From Ranitomeya imitator (taxonomy: Eukaryota), in NCBI RefSeq assembly GCF_032444005.1, contig NC_091286.1, positions 468,782,001-468,846,000 on the forward strand: DNA of 64,000 bases, given 5' to 3'. The notes below the pieces were generated by a model, which saw only the letters and a list, made by a program, of their open reading frames with translations, ran no database searches and had not been told where the DNA came from. Shown here one piece after another: positions 12,249 to 25,924 of this stretch. A program made the translations under genes and the position numbers. Positions within the stretch are counted from its first letter, which is position 1. The number at the start of each line of letters is the position of its first letter.

Positions 12249-13234
12249 TTTTACATTTCAGACCTGTATTAAAAAAATGGAATTAGTAAACCTGTAATTT
12301 TCTTTCTGACCACTTGGGTTTTTTCAGACCCCCACTTTGTGTCCTTTTATGAAGACTGATCAGCAAAGCTTTTTATCATCAAATGAAGGATTCCAATGAC
12401 AGCTAACACCTCTATACACAGATGATAACCTAGGTATAACTGATACCAGTGGGTGAGGTCATTAGATTAGATACTTCAATACAAAAGATAATGTCAGGGT
12501 CTGACCATTGTGGCTCTGTGCATGTGTTGTTTCTTGAAACAAGTATAAAGACTAAAAAAGCTCCAGTGGCTAGTGGGAAATTTGTAGGACTTCTATTTTT
12601 TATTTTTAATACATATTGTGATGTATAAAATAAATAAAAAAATTATGCCTTTGTTTAATGAGTGCAACACAACACGCTAATTTAAACTATATTTTTGGAT
12701 AATAACTTTTCTGCAACACATATAAAAGTTGTACTTATAGTATACCATATGTGTAACAGTTGCAAGCAAAGGGCTGAGCTAATGATTATCATTAGTTACC
12801 ATTACTGCAGGATTGTTGAAAAGACATAAAAGAGTGCTATGAAGGTATTGGAGTGCAAGAGGCCTATGTTCTGGCTATAATGACTTCCATTTTTGAGTAT
12901 AAAATTAAAGAAAATGCATTTTATATATTAAAAAATGTTGTTTTTTTACTTCAATAAAATATGAATCAATGTAATATTAAGGATACCCCCGTGTTAGGAA
13001 AATGTATAGTATATTTTGGGGGTAAATTCTGATAAATTATTGAAGAGATATGTGTGATACAACTGTAGAGTGGTATCTCTTTCAAACAAGAACTCCGGGG
13101 TGAAATTTTAACACAGTGTTAATTAGTAAAAATAAGCCCTAAATGTGCTTCTTCATTATTAGAGGCCGATATATGTCAAACCATAGAAACTGCTTAAAAT
13201 GTACCTAATATGCAACTGTCTCGTTACACCTGTT

Positions 13235-13815
13235 TGAACTTGTTACCTGTATAAAAGACACCTGTCCACACTCAATCACACTCCAATCTCTCCACCAAGA
13301 CCAAAGAGCTGTCTAAGGACACCAGGGACAGAATTGTAGAACTGTACAAGGCTGGAATGGGCTACAGGATAATAGGCAACAAGCTTGGTGAGACGGCAAC
13401 AACTGTTGACACAATTATTAGAAAAAGGAAGAAACACAAGATGACACTCAGTCTTCCTCTCTCTGGGGTTCCATGCAACATCTCGTCTCATGGGGTAATG
13501 ATGATTTTGAGAAAAGTCAGGTATCAACCCAGAACTACACTTGAGGACCTGATAAATGACCTGAAGAGAGCTGGGACCACAGTCTTAAACATTACTGTTA
13601 GTAACAAACTATGCCGTCATGGATTAAGATCCTGCAGGGAATACAAGGACTCCTGCTCAAGCCAGCACATCATGTCCAGGCCCATTTGACATTCGCCAAT
13701 GACCATCTGGATAATCATGTGGTCAGATGAGACCAAAATAGAACTTTTTGGTATCAACTCCATTTGCCAGGTTTGGAAGAGGAAGAAAGATGAGTACAAC
13801 CACAAGAACATGGTC
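13235..13815 (+). pseudogene. Decayed Tc1-like transposase, N-terminal to mid region
   Basis: [10 protein letters not shown]-like start, HTH region ([10 protein letters not shown]...TIIRKRKK), and a WSDETKIELFG-like segment; frameshifted. Confidence 0.75.
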
Positions 13816-14533
13816 CCAAGCTACCTACCTACCTAGAATTTTCTATTAGGTCATTTTTGGGAAGGAAGTTGAATTGAATTGTTGAAAAAAATAGAAAAAT
13901 AAATAGAAAAAATGTAGAAATTGAACTGTGGCATGTCTGTTTTTACAAATGTATTTTACTAGTCCAATTTAACATATGGACACACCTTATCTATAGTGCA
14001 GCCTGCTTCCACATTTTGTTTTTTGTATGCATTACAGTAACATTTCTTACTAGGTCATTTTTGATAAAGGTTGAATAACTGGGTTTGAAACTAATGTCCA
14101 AAGTTAATTACAGTGCTATATAAAATGCATGGAAAATGAATACCGCAACTAAGAAAATGGAAGTTGCTAACAGCAGCAGGAAAGCCACCACTGGCATAAG
14201 ATGTTCAAGCAGTTGTTATTAGGAAATGCAGAGCACAGTAGGGAGGAAATTTTGGCATTACGGAATTTCAGGCACATCATTCATCTCAGTCGCATGATGT
14301 TTCCTCTGTAAGAAATGAAAAGAGGGCACCACAATATAAAAAGAAATAAAAAAAATATCATACAAGACAAGGAAAGGAAGCCTGCCTTAAAAAATCACGG
14401 TATTAATGATGAAATATCAGTAATAAACAAACAAAAGACAGACCACACATAAATGTAAAAACAATTAAAATAGCCCAACAGGTGTATACCCAAATCGCAA
14501 CATGCCCTTGGTGGAGCTAATGTTTAACCTATA

Positions 14534-14927
14534 GGCTATGTGCACACGTAAGAAAAGAAGTGCAGAATTTTCTGCACAAGATCCCCATCTCCTGGCAGAA
14601 TCTGCAGCTGCAGATTTGCTGCGGTTTTCATGCGGTTTCAGTGCGTTTTTTTTTTTTTGCGGAATTGATGCAGATTTTGTGCAGTTTTTACCACTGCGGA
14701 TTTCTATAATGGAGGGGTGCAAAAACGCTGCAGATCTGCACAAAAGAAGTGAGGTGCACTTCTTTGAAATCTGCAGCGTTTCTGTGCGGATTTTTCTGCA
14801 CCATGTGCACAGCTTTTTTTTCACATTGATTTACATTGTACTGTAAATCACAGTACAGATCTGCAGCGTTTCTGCGCCCAAAAAACGCAGCAGATCTGCA
14901 CTAAATCTGCATCGTGTGCACACAGCC
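14534..14927. mobile_element. Harbinger/PIF-like MITE
   Basis: GGCTATGTGCACACG...CGTGTGCACACAGCC termini; flanking ATA/ATA; related copy at 31410. Confidence 0.7.
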
Positions 14928-15470
14928 ATAATGCCCTAGAAAACTGTTTACCTCTAATGCAAGATAAAAAACTAGGAATAAACAGAAATAAAAAAAAGGT
15001 AATTTAATTTCACAATACGAAATAAAGCAGAAAAACTCCCATCAAGAAAAAGCAATGTTTCCTTGCTAAAAAAAAGGCTACTTCATAAACAAGCAGTAAG
15101 GCAAGATGATATACTACCAGCACAGTACCCCAACCCTAAAAAAAGCAGGCTTGATAAAGTTGAATGTGAACATGAGGTGAATTACAAGAGGTCATGTATG
15201 CAGGCAAAAAGTATATAGAGGAAGGAAAACACCATGGGTATCGCCACTGGCATTGTAGTAGCAGAGGTAGTATGAGAAATATGGTCTATCAGATAATACT
15301 GTATATACTGTATACGTATGTACATAATACAAATAATAATTATGAAATAGTTACCAGCTGTGAAGAGCAGCTACCAGTAAACCGCCCGATTCCAATAGGT
15401 ATGTGGGCAAGCAATGATTATGTTGCAGATAAGGATTTTTTACTGCACAAACGAAGGTTTCAAGTATTAA

Positions 15471-15826
15471 GGCTAGGTTCACATTGCGTTAGTGGGTGTC
15501 CGCTAATGGACTCCGTTACATGGCGCAATTGTCGCAATGAACGCTATGTAACGGATCCGTTAGCGCACCCATTGACTGCAATGTGCTAACGGATCCCTAA
15601 CGCATTGCACACGTATGCCATTTTTGGCATGCATCTGCGATGTGCCGTTAGTTTCGGACGGACCTCGACCGCTACTTGCAGCATTCAGGGTCCATTCCTT
15701 GCTAGCGCAGATCGGGCATCTGCGCTAGCGGGATTGCCGAACGCAATCCCTTTTTGGACATTGCGTTAGCGCAATCCTTTAGAGTATCCGCTAAACGTAT
15801 TGCACTAACGCAATGTGAACCTAGCA
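15471..15826. mobile_element. Harbinger/PIF-like MITE
   Basis: 24-bp TIR GGCTAGGTTCACATTGCGTTAGTG with one mismatch; 3-bp TSD TAA/TAA. Confidence 0.8.
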
Positions 15827-18023
15827 TAAAAATTGTTCAAAACATCCACTGCGCCTGTTTTTTATTTCACATTAGAGATTGAACACTTTGCTAGAGAATT
15901 ACAGGTTAAACATTAGCTCCACCAAGGGAATGTTGTGATTTGGGCACCTTAGTTGTTTTTATATTTACATGTGGTCTGTCTTTTTTTCTGATACATTATC
16001 AATAATTATTGATTTTTTTAAGATGATCCTCTTTTTTGGCATGATTACTTTCCTTTTCTCATATGATGTTACCTCTGACAGCAACACTGTCAGTTTGAGT
16101 CAGTGTTCTGCACAGAATAGTCTGCCTGATTCCATATGACTGAAAGGGATAATTTTTGGACAACTGAAAAGCATGATCTGAGAGTGGAATGTGGTATTAA
16201 AAGAGATGTTGGTTACTACCTGGTTACCATCTATTTCTAAGGCTACACCATTTTCACATAAGTAACACAGTTTTTGCATTAAAGACATAAAAAGGGTTGG
16301 TACAGTCCTAAAAACTAAAGGAATTATACACATTTCTTCAGGTATCTGCTATTCGCTGTGCATGTATTTGCAAAGAATCACATTTTGGGGAAAAATTTGC
16401 AAAACGTGTCATTTTCTTGTGAATGTTATCATTTTGTGTTATACTAGCAGTGACATAATCCGCATGCCCTCTTCTAAGAAAGGAATACCATGTTAAATTC
16501 CAACAATGATCATTTGGTAGGAATTCTGATGGCAATGAGCATTTAGTATGATTTCTGTTGCTCAAAATTTATGAGCATGAAATGTAGCACATTGCAGTTC
16601 CAGCACACTGTGTAGGATTTATGTAAATCCAATGCCCACAGTGCTGTTTTTTAACTCTCTAGAAATTGAACTGTGTTGCTTTTTTTTTGTAGCATGTCAA
16701 TTTCTCTTACAGTAAATATGTGTTTTATTTACAGATTTTTCCCATAGGCTTGAACAAAATGCACAAAATCCACAGAAAAAACACACAGCTGAAAAAAAGC
16801 ATGTAAGCAGCCTCACTTTGTTAATTGGTGCAGAAAATATGTAACATCAAAAACGCTGTAAAAAGTCATTGTGGGAGCGATTGCATATTTTTTTGTGCAT
16901 AAATGATACTAAAGTCAGCACATTACAGAATTAGGGATTTCAAACAGTAATGGCTAAAAAAACGAAAAGAAAACACAATGTGAGCCGTGATTTTCGGTGA
17001 TAGCGTTTTTGGTTCGCAGAAACTTGAACTCACACCAAATTTATCTTTTCAATATTTTCCAGATGAATGTTTGCTGAGATATGCTGGAGGAATTCCATGC
17101 TTTCTAAGCAAGATCAGTTGAGTTCCTTATTCAGTGCACGGCGTCAGCAAAGATTAAAACACTATTTATGCACATTTAAAGTAAGTGAATCCAATACACT
17201 TTACAGGCCTTGCAGTGCTGTTTTGCATTTTTCATCTGATTCAAAGGTCTTTTTTATGTATGTCAGGTATTTTAACAGAATAGAAGCACCCTTGAGAGCT
17301 TGACTGAAATCCTGGATACGATATACGCATGAAAAGAGGAACAACAGACATTTTCATCCTCCGGATTTGTTTCACAGGCCCACCCTGCCCGTTGTAACAT
17401 ATCCACTTATCTACTGCAGATTCAGTGTTATAAAATCTCAGATCAGAGTATCTCTGTTGTATGTTCAGTATCCTTGATTTATATGATACAAAAAGATACA
17501 GGCATGTTGCAGATATGGTAATACTCGTATTAATGGGAATGCCACGCAAATTTTCAATAGAGGCCAATGAGATCCCAGAAGAAAAATGAGGGAAATGCAC
17601 AAAGGTTAATCCTTTTATTATGTCTTGTTTCCAATCATCTTGCTTTGTTACATCTGCAATACCTTTCTATCCTTTCGGCATTTTGATCAAGGATTAGTGA
17701 AATACAGTCATTTTATTTGATAGTAATAGATATTCTTCCAACAGGTATGTTTATCCAGCCAGCTCTGCTGCTGTCTATGAAGTGCACATAATTACATCAC
17801 GCAGCTTTCCACACAGACTTTCCTCTGCTCCTAGCATTCTCATGGTAGGCTTTTCAGCTAACCCCAGCTTACCCCAGTGTTATTTATGACCTTGTTTACT
17901 CAGGCCTGATTGTATGCATCTGGTCCACCCTTAATTCTCTGACCAAGATGAGCAGAGACCACTCCTCTCTGCTTCACACCTGAACGCACTTAGTTTGCCA
18001 TAAATTGCATAGTATAAGTCTGC

Positions 18024-21000
18024 ATGGACTTCAGTCTGCAGTGTGATCCCTTAGAAGTGTGGATTACAGTAGAATTAAAACCTGAATTGAACCTGAAGGG
18101 AACTGAAGGTAACTGGCCACAGTCTTTGAAAAGAATGTTTCTGTTTGTTTTCACTTTCACCCCTGTAATCCTTCACTTTCTGCTACCTCCCCTGATCCCT
18201 ACACCAAGTAAGGAACTATTCATCTCCTCTTCAATCCTCCCCATCCACCTCACCTCCTCCTCCAAACTGTTCCTTAACATACAATCCTCTGTCTCCAAGC
18301 ACAGACAGCCCCCTCATGCCCTCTCCTTCTCCTACCTGCTAACACTTTCTCTGCTCCTTCTTACTGCTGGTGATATCTCTCCAAATCCTGGTCCTCCTCA
18401 CCATATTCCCACAATCATTTCTACCTCCCATCCACGCTCTAGCACAAACTTCCGTAACCTCTCTAACCTTATACCCATTTGCCCAGCCCCCGCCTCCCCA
18501 GTCCCACTAACAGGAGCTCTGTGGAACGCCCGCTCTGTCTGCAACAAGCTCTCCTACATCCATGATCTCTTTGTTACTACCAAACTTTCCTTCCTTGCCA
18601 TCACTGAAACCTGGCTCACCCCTTCTGACTCAGTCTCCCCTGCTGCACTCTCTTACGGTGGCTTCCACCTTTCCCACACACCCCGACCCAGCAGCAAACA
18701 TGGCGGAGGAGTTGGTTTTCTCCTGTCAGATAACTGCTCCTTCACCCCAATCCCACTGCCACCCTCTGTTACCCTCCCTTCCTTTGAGGTGTACTCTGTG
18801 CGCATCTATTCCCCCACCAACCTCCAACTGGCTGTCATTTACCGCCCCCCAGGGCCAGCCACCATCTTCTTTGACCACTTCACCACCTGGCTACTTCACT
18901 TCCTTTCTGCGGACATCCCCACTATCATCATGGGCGACTTCAACATCCCCATTGACACTTCCGTCTCAGCTGCCACTAAACTTCTAACTCTCACTTCCTC
19001 CTTCGGCCTCACTCAATGGTCTTCTGCAGCCACTCACAAAGACGGTCACACACTGGACCTCATCTTCACCCGCCTCTGCTCTCTATCTAACCTCTCTAAC
19101 TCACCTCTTCCACTCTCTGACCACAACTTTCTCACATTCTCATCTTTCTCCACTCCATGTCTACAATCCCCACCCCACAAACTTTCACACCCTCGCAGAA
19201 ATATTAAACATCTTGACCTACATTCATTCTCTGAATCCCTCCTCCCCCTCACAAGCATAAGTTCCATACACAATGCGGATGACGCTGCTGCTCTATATAA
19301 CACCACAATAGCTGTAGCTTTGGAATCTGCTGCCCCACTTACACATACCAAAGCTCGCAAAATCAACAGACAGCCCTGGCACACCAGCCTGACCAAAGAA
19401 CTGAGGCGAGCTTCCAGGGCTGCTGAGCGCAGATGGAAAAGATCCCACTCTAACGAGCACTTCATCGCATTCAAACAGTCCCTCACTACTTTCAAGACCA
19501 CACTCGCCACAGCTAAACAAACCTACTTCTCATCTCTCATATCCTCCCTGTCTCACAACCCTAAACAGTTATTCAACACCTTCAATTCTCTCCTCCGTCC
19601 CCCAGCACCTCCTCCCTCCCCACTTATCTCTGCTGAAGACTTTGCCTCATTTTTCAAGCAGAAGATTGATAGCATTAGAGACAGTTTTGGTCAACAACCC
19701 CCAGAGCCCTTCCTCCCGATTTCCCAGCCCTCCACCTCCAAAACCAACTTCTCCACCATTACAGAAGATCAACTCTCCACTCTACTCTCAAGATCACATC
19801 TCACCACCTGTGCACTTGACCCACTCCCATCCCACCTCATCCCAAACCTCACCACAATCTTCATCCCAACCCTAACCCATCTCTTCAACCTATCACTAAC
19901 AACTGGTGTTTTCCCCTCAAGCTTTAAACATGCCTCCATCACACCTATCCTCAAAAAGCCCTCTCTTGACCCATCCTCTCTATCTAGCTATCGCCCTATA
20001 TCACTTCTCCCCTATGCCTCAAAACTACTGGAACAACACGTCTAACTTGAACTGTCCTCCCATCTCTCTTCTTGCTCCCTCTTTGACCGCCTACAATCTG
20101 GCTTCCGGTCACACCATTCCACCGAAACTGCCCTAACTAAAGTCACCAATGACCTCTTAACCGCCAAGAGCAAGCGACACTACTCTGTCCTCCTCCTCGA
20201 CCTGTCGGCTGCCTTTGACACAGTGGACCATTCCCTATTATTACAAACCCTCTCATCCCTTGGCATCGCAGACTTGGCCCTATCCTGGATCTCATCATAC
20301 CTAACAGACCGGACATTCAGCGTCTCCCACTCACACACCACCTCCTCACCTCGCCCCCTATCTGTCGGAGTCCCACAAGGTTCAGTCCTTGGGCCCTTGC
20401 TCTTCTCCATTTACACCTTTGGCCTGGGACAGCTCATAGAATCTCATGGCTTTCAGTATCACCTCTATGCTGACGACACACAGATCTACATCTCTGGACC
20501 AGATATTGCCTCCCTTCTAACCAGAATCCCTCAATGTCTCTCCACTATTTCATCCTTCTTCTCCGCTAGATTTCTGAAACTTAACATGGACAAAACAGAA
20601 TTCATCATCTTTCCCCCATCTCACGCGACCCCCCAACGAACCTATCCATTTCAGTAAATGGCTGCCCACTCTCCCCAGTCCCACAAGCTCGCTGCCTCGG
20701 GGTAATCCTTGATGCTGATCTCTCCTTCAAACAACATATCCAAGCCCTTTCCACTTCCTGCCGACTTCAACTCAAAAATATTTCACGAATCCGTTCATTC
20801 CTCAACCATGAATCTGCAAAAACCCTAGTCCATGCCCTCATCATCTCTCGCCTTGACTACTGCAACCTCCTGCTCTGTGGCCTCCCCTCTAACACTCTCG
20901 CACCCCTCCAATCTATTCTAAACTCTGCTGCCCGACTAATCCACCTGTCCCCCCGCTATTCCCCGGCTCTCCCCTCTGTCAATCCCTTCACTGGCTCCCC

Positions 21001-21540
21001 ATTGCCCAGAGACTCCACTACAAAACCCTAACCATGACGTACAAAGCCATCCACAACCTGTCTCCTCCATACATCTGTCACCTCGTCTCCCGGTACTTAC
21101 CTACCCGCAACCTCCGATCCTCACAAGATCTCCTACCCTACTCCCCTCTTATCTCCTCTTCCCACAATCGTATACAAGATTTCTCTCGCGTATCACCCCT
21201 ACTCTGGAACCCTCTACCACAACACATCAGACTCTCGCCTACCATCGAAACTTTCAAAAAGAACCTGAAGATCCACCTCTTCAGACAAGCCTACAACCTG
21301 CAGTTACCACCGATCGACCAAACCGCTGCATGACCATCTCTACCCTCACCTACTGTATTCTCACCCATCCCTTGTAGATTGTGAGCCTTCGCGGGCAGGG
21401 TCCTCATTCCTCCTGTACCAGTTTTGACTTGTATTGTTTAAGATTATTGTACTTGTTTTCATTATGTATACCCCTCCTCACATGTAAAGCGCCATGGAAC
21501 AAATGGCGCTTTAACAATAAATAATAATAATAATAATATT
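18024..21540 (+). mobile_element. L2 retrotransposon, subfamily B, near full-length but disabled
   Basis: APE domain ORF 18024-20045 ends at a TAA; same frame resumes through YADD (20223-20657); frameshifts near 20650 and 20965; (TAA)n tail. Start approximate. Confidence 0.9.
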
Positions 21541-22747
21541 CTAATTTTATAAATAAATATTTTATAAATTTCATAAATATGTGACAAGGGCATACACTGA
21601 TGAAAAATCCTCACTTTTGTAAAATTATACAGGTAAAAATATAGCACAACCTGTGCAGCTGCACATGGACACAATAGGTAAGGGGCACACTGCCATCTGT
21701 AAAGCAGGTAGCATTCTCCTACCGTCTATAAGAGCTCGCTCACCTGATTGTATAACATGCCAAGTGCTATGTGATGCTTTATTGGATAACACATGGACCA
21801 ATGTTATACTATGGGGCAGTGCAGATCTGAGATTTTTTTCTCATGCTGATTTGGTATGTGAAAAATATCGCAGCATGCTGCAATTGGCTCTATAAATCGG
21901 ATCGCACTCACCCATTCAAGTCTATAAGTGTGTGTGAAACATCGGACTGCACTGATCTCATCCGAGTGCAGTCTGATTTATGTGAACACAGACAATGGAG
22001 AAGATCAAGAAATTAAGTTCTCCGTCTTCTCCAAACCTGTGATCCGATTCTCTCATGCAAGAGGATCGGATCACAGTAAACTGACACTTGGCTCAAACTC
22101 TGATAAGAGTTTGAGCCAAGTGTCATCAACATAACCGACCCGACTCTCTTGGAAGAGAAAATCATCATTCATGTCACCCTTGCCTAAGAGCTCATGTCAA
22201 TTACTCTACTAATGAGCAGAGCTCACAATTATAAAGAGGATGATAGAGAGGCATAAGAAGGTGGCTCTCTAGTAAGCTAAGGCAAGAAGGGGTCCAAATA
22301 CTGTTCTAGCACAAGGGTCATTTGTTATTGAGTCCTCCTTTGATGGTATACATTACAGTATTTACAGTCATGAGCTGATTAAAGGTAATGGGATATAGCC
22401 ACATATCACTTACAGATGACTGATATCAGTACATCCAGAAAAGAGGGGAAATTTTCTTTATAGCTGTAGAATCTTTACTGTAGGTTGGATCAGCTTGGGC
22501 TGAAAATTTGAAAGAAACTCAACAGAGGTCAATGTGTATATACGCATATATTTATGTGACTATTTACACACATATAGTGTTAATATGCACGGGTGTCGCA
22601 CTGTGTATATGTGTGTAAATGTATGCATGTGTATGTGTCACAATGTATATGCAATGAATGTGTGTGTTCTCTTGTAGCATCTATACGTCTATTTGAATGT
22701 CATATTTGCTATGCTATTTGCTCTGCCTTCAAAGTAAGTAACAAGTA

Positions 22748-24329
22748 ACGTATATACTTGAGTATAGGCCGAGATTTTCAGCCCATTTTTTAGGCTGAAA
22801 GTGCCTCTCTCGGCTTATACTCGAGTCATTGTCCCAGGGGGGTCGGCGGGGGAGGGAGAGCGGCGGCTGTGACATACTCACCTGCTCTTGGCGAGGTCCC
22901 TACATCTCTGGTCTCAGGGCGCACACTAACCACGCTATGGCACCCTCTGACATGAGCGTCACTGCAGAGGACACGGAAAACGGAGCGGCGCCCGGAACGA
23001 AGAAAGGTGAATATCGTGCAGTGCTCCCCCTCCCCATTATACTCACCTGCGCCTGGCACGTTCCTTGCATCTTTGGTCTCCGGGCGCTGACAGCTTCTTC
23101 CAACGTTGAGCGGTCACATGATACCACTCATTACAGTAATGAATATGGACCTGACTCCACTCCCATAGAGGTGGAGCTGCTTATTCATTACTTTAATGAG
23201 CAGTAACGGTGACCGCTCAATGCTGGAAGAAGCTGTCAGCGCCCGGAGACCAAAGATGCAAGGACCGTGCCAGGCGCAGGTGAGTATAATGGGGAGGGGG
23301 AGCACTGCGCGATATTCACCTTTCCTCGTTCCGGGCGCCACTCCGTCTTCCGTGTCCTCTGTAGTGACGCTCATGTCAGAGGGTGCCATGGCATGGTTAG
23401 TGTGCGCCCTCTGCCTGAATGTTAGTGCAGAGGACGTGGAAGACACAGCGGCGCCGGAACGAGGACCGGTGAGTAGTGCAAGTGCCGGGGGCCTGAGCGA
23501 CGAGAGGTGAGTATGTCATTTTTTTTTTTTTTATCGCAGCAACAGCATATGGGGCAAATATCTCTATGGAGCATCTTATAGTGCCATATTCAACGTTTGT
23601 GCAGCATTATATTGGGCAAATATCTCTATGGAGCATCTTATGGGGCCATATTCAACGTTTGTGCAGCACTATATGGGACAAATATCTTTATGGAGCATCT
23701 TATGGGGCCATATTCAACATTTGTGCAGCATTATATTGGGCAAATATCTCTATGGAGCATCTTATGCGGCCATATTCAACATTTGTGTAGCACTATATGG
23801 GGCAAATATCTTTATGGAGCATCTTATGGGGCCATAATCAATGTTTGTGCAGCACTGTATGGGACAAATATCTATATGGAGCATCTTATGGGGCCATAAT
23901 CAACATTTGTGCAGCATTATTTTGGGCAAATGTCTATGGAGCATCTTATGAAGCCCTTATTAACCTTTATGCAGTACTGTATGGGGAAATGTGTCTATGG
24001 ATCATCTTATGGGGTCATTATTAACCTTTGTGCAGCATTATATGGGGCATATTCTAATATGGAGCATCTTATGGGGTCCATCATGAACTGTATGGAGCAT
24101 TATATGGGGCTCCTGATTTCAATATGGATATTCAAAAACACTTAACCTACTGATGACTCAATTAATTTTACTTTTATTGGTACCTATATTTATTTTTGAA
24201 ATTTACCGGTAGCTGCTGCATTTTCCACCCTAGGCTTTTACTCGAGTCATTAAGTTTTCCCAGTTTTTTTGTGGCAAAATTAGGGGGGTCAGGTTATACT
24301 TGGGTCGGCTCATACTTGAGTATATGCGG
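22748..24329. mobile_element. pogo/Tc1-superfamily non-autonomous element with internal foldback and minisatellite
   Basis: TA|ACGTATATACTTGAGTATAGGCCGA ... TCGGCTCATACTTGAGTATATGCGG|TA; ~200-bp inverted arms at about 22915-23116 and 23209-23410. Confidence 0.75.
23545..24100 (+). repeat. 62-bp minisatellite, about 9 copies
   Basis: Unit GCAGCATTATATTGGGCAAATATCTCTATGGAGCATCTTATGGGGCCATATTCAACGTTTGT; three overlapping ORFs recur with a 62-aa period. Confidence 0.9.
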
Positions 24330-25049
24330 TATTTGCTTTATACAACTAGCCTGGCAAGCTACCTCACAAGTAATACACAATGCATAGCTTAGCTCTAGCT
24401 ACATATGCATCACAAAATGTATATGAGTGCAGATGTTTTTCTTGTATATGTCAACATGTCACGGAAAATATATATATATGGATATCTTCCTGTTTCCAAT
24501 AAACGAGCTATGCACATATTCATTAGTCCATATTAATAGCCATGATCTGCCCTTCTTGAAATTGTTGGAAAGGTGGCACTAAACAACCTCTGGATTGAAC
24601 GGAGCCAAAGGGGGAACTTATCTCAGTATTCTGCAATGTCATACTACACCTTTATATTTCTTCAATCTCACAAGGATGTATAAAGTGTTTTCTTCTGTAT
24701 GAATCTGACAAAAAAACTGTGCTAATTTCCACTAAAGTTCAAATTATTAAGTGTTTCGCTTACAAATTGAAATTTATAAACAAGTGACGTTAATGCGACT
24801 AGATTATATTAATGCAACATACTTAGAAATGAGCGGATCTTTTAAATTCAAATGCACAGATTTTTCAAGATTTTCCCCGAAAATTGTAATTATAACAAAA
24901 AATATTGTGCCAGTCCCAATACTGGAAAGCTTGTAGCTGCTGACAAAATACATGTGGAAGAGAGAAGATAGAGAGAGCAAACCATAAGAGCAAACACTCT
25001 ACAGGAAAGAGGGAGGATCCTGCTGTTCTTAAGAGCTTACACTCTACAG

Positions 25050-25211
25050 CAGAGGTCCCCAACTCCAGTCCTCAAGGCCCACCAACAGGTCATGTTTTCA
25101 GGATTTCCTTAGTCTTGCCCAGGTAATAATTGCATCACCTGTGCAATGCAAAGGAAATCCTGAAAACATGACCTGTTGGTGGGCCTTGAGGACTGGAGTT
25201 GGGGACCTCTG
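25050..25211. mobile_element. Very young hAT (Charlie-type) MITE, 162 bp
   Basis: Perfect 61-bp TIR starting CAGAGGTCCCCAACTCC; perfect 8-bp TSD CTCTACAG. Confidence 0.95.
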
Positions 25212-25887
25212 CTCTACAGGAGAGAGAGAAGAGAGAAAGAGAGAACCGCGCGGACCATAAGAGCTTACATTCTACAGAATAGAGAGAGGAATCTGCTGAC
25301 GATTAGAGCTTACGCTCTGCAGAAGAGCGAGACTTATACAATGATTCTGGAGATGGAAAATAACTGCCTTGCAACTTTGCTCCACTGGCAACTGCTGATC
25401 TGTGATGACTCAGGCATTTAACACTACTGTACAAGGTATAATAATCCATAAGATGTCATACCTATAGGGAATTATAATGAAGCTCATTCACCAACACAAA
25501 ATTATATCCTTTTTTCTGATGCTTCACCAGTGTGGGAAATTATGCGGGTTTTTTTTTTTTTTTAAGATTTGCGTGAAACCACAAATTTCAGGAAAATCAA
25601 CTAGGATCTAAAGGGTAATGTTTCCCTTTATACATACCTGGCATGTCAGACTGAGGAGACTTAAAAGCCATGCATTTTCTTTTAGAAAATTAAGTATGCA
25701 GATTGTCTCTTCAGAGCAGAAGAGGACTTGAACTCTAGCACCACCTATTGGAAGCAGCGATCTTAAAATTCAATTTTGATCCTTCAACGGGCTTTGCCAT
25801 ATGAGTTAGGATAAAAGCCGAACCAGAATCTCAATTTGCAGACATATTTTGTTGTGTTGCCCCTCATCAGTGCAGTCAAGATCTCAT

Positions 25888-25924
25888 ACTTTGAACTGAT
25901 GAGGGGCCAAACCCCGAAACCCTG
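25888..25924 (+). ncRNA. Type I minimal hammerhead ribozyme-like motif (degenerate; 3' part displaced to 26905-26914 by the LTR)
   Basis: CTGATGA (25896-25902), stem II GGGG-ccaaa-CCCC, GAAAC (25916-25920): the conserved hammerhead core. Stems I and III are imperfect in this copy. Confidence 0.55.

Larger units (their letters stand above)
14387..16021. mobile_element. Foldback element with ~140-bp diverged inverted arms, hosting two MITEs
   Basis: 14490-14531 CCCAAATCGCAACATGCCCTTGGTGGAGCTAATGTTTAACCT is the reverse complement of ~15903-15944; arms extend outward to TTAA at both ends. Confidence 0.6.

Noticed and set aside
16340-17844. Cluster of splice-site-bounded segments (16340, 17063-17180, 17378, 17692-17744, 17745-17844)
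   Set aside because: 17063-17180 has a stop in every frame and the others allow conflicting frames; cannot be placed in an intact chain. Could be decayed or non-coding exons.
22826-23510. Paired similar ORFs on opposite strands
   Set aside because: Artefact of the inverted arms of the pogo-like element.
23545-24100. CRISPR-like array
   Set aside because: Head-to-tail units without unique spacers, no cas genes, eukaryotic context.
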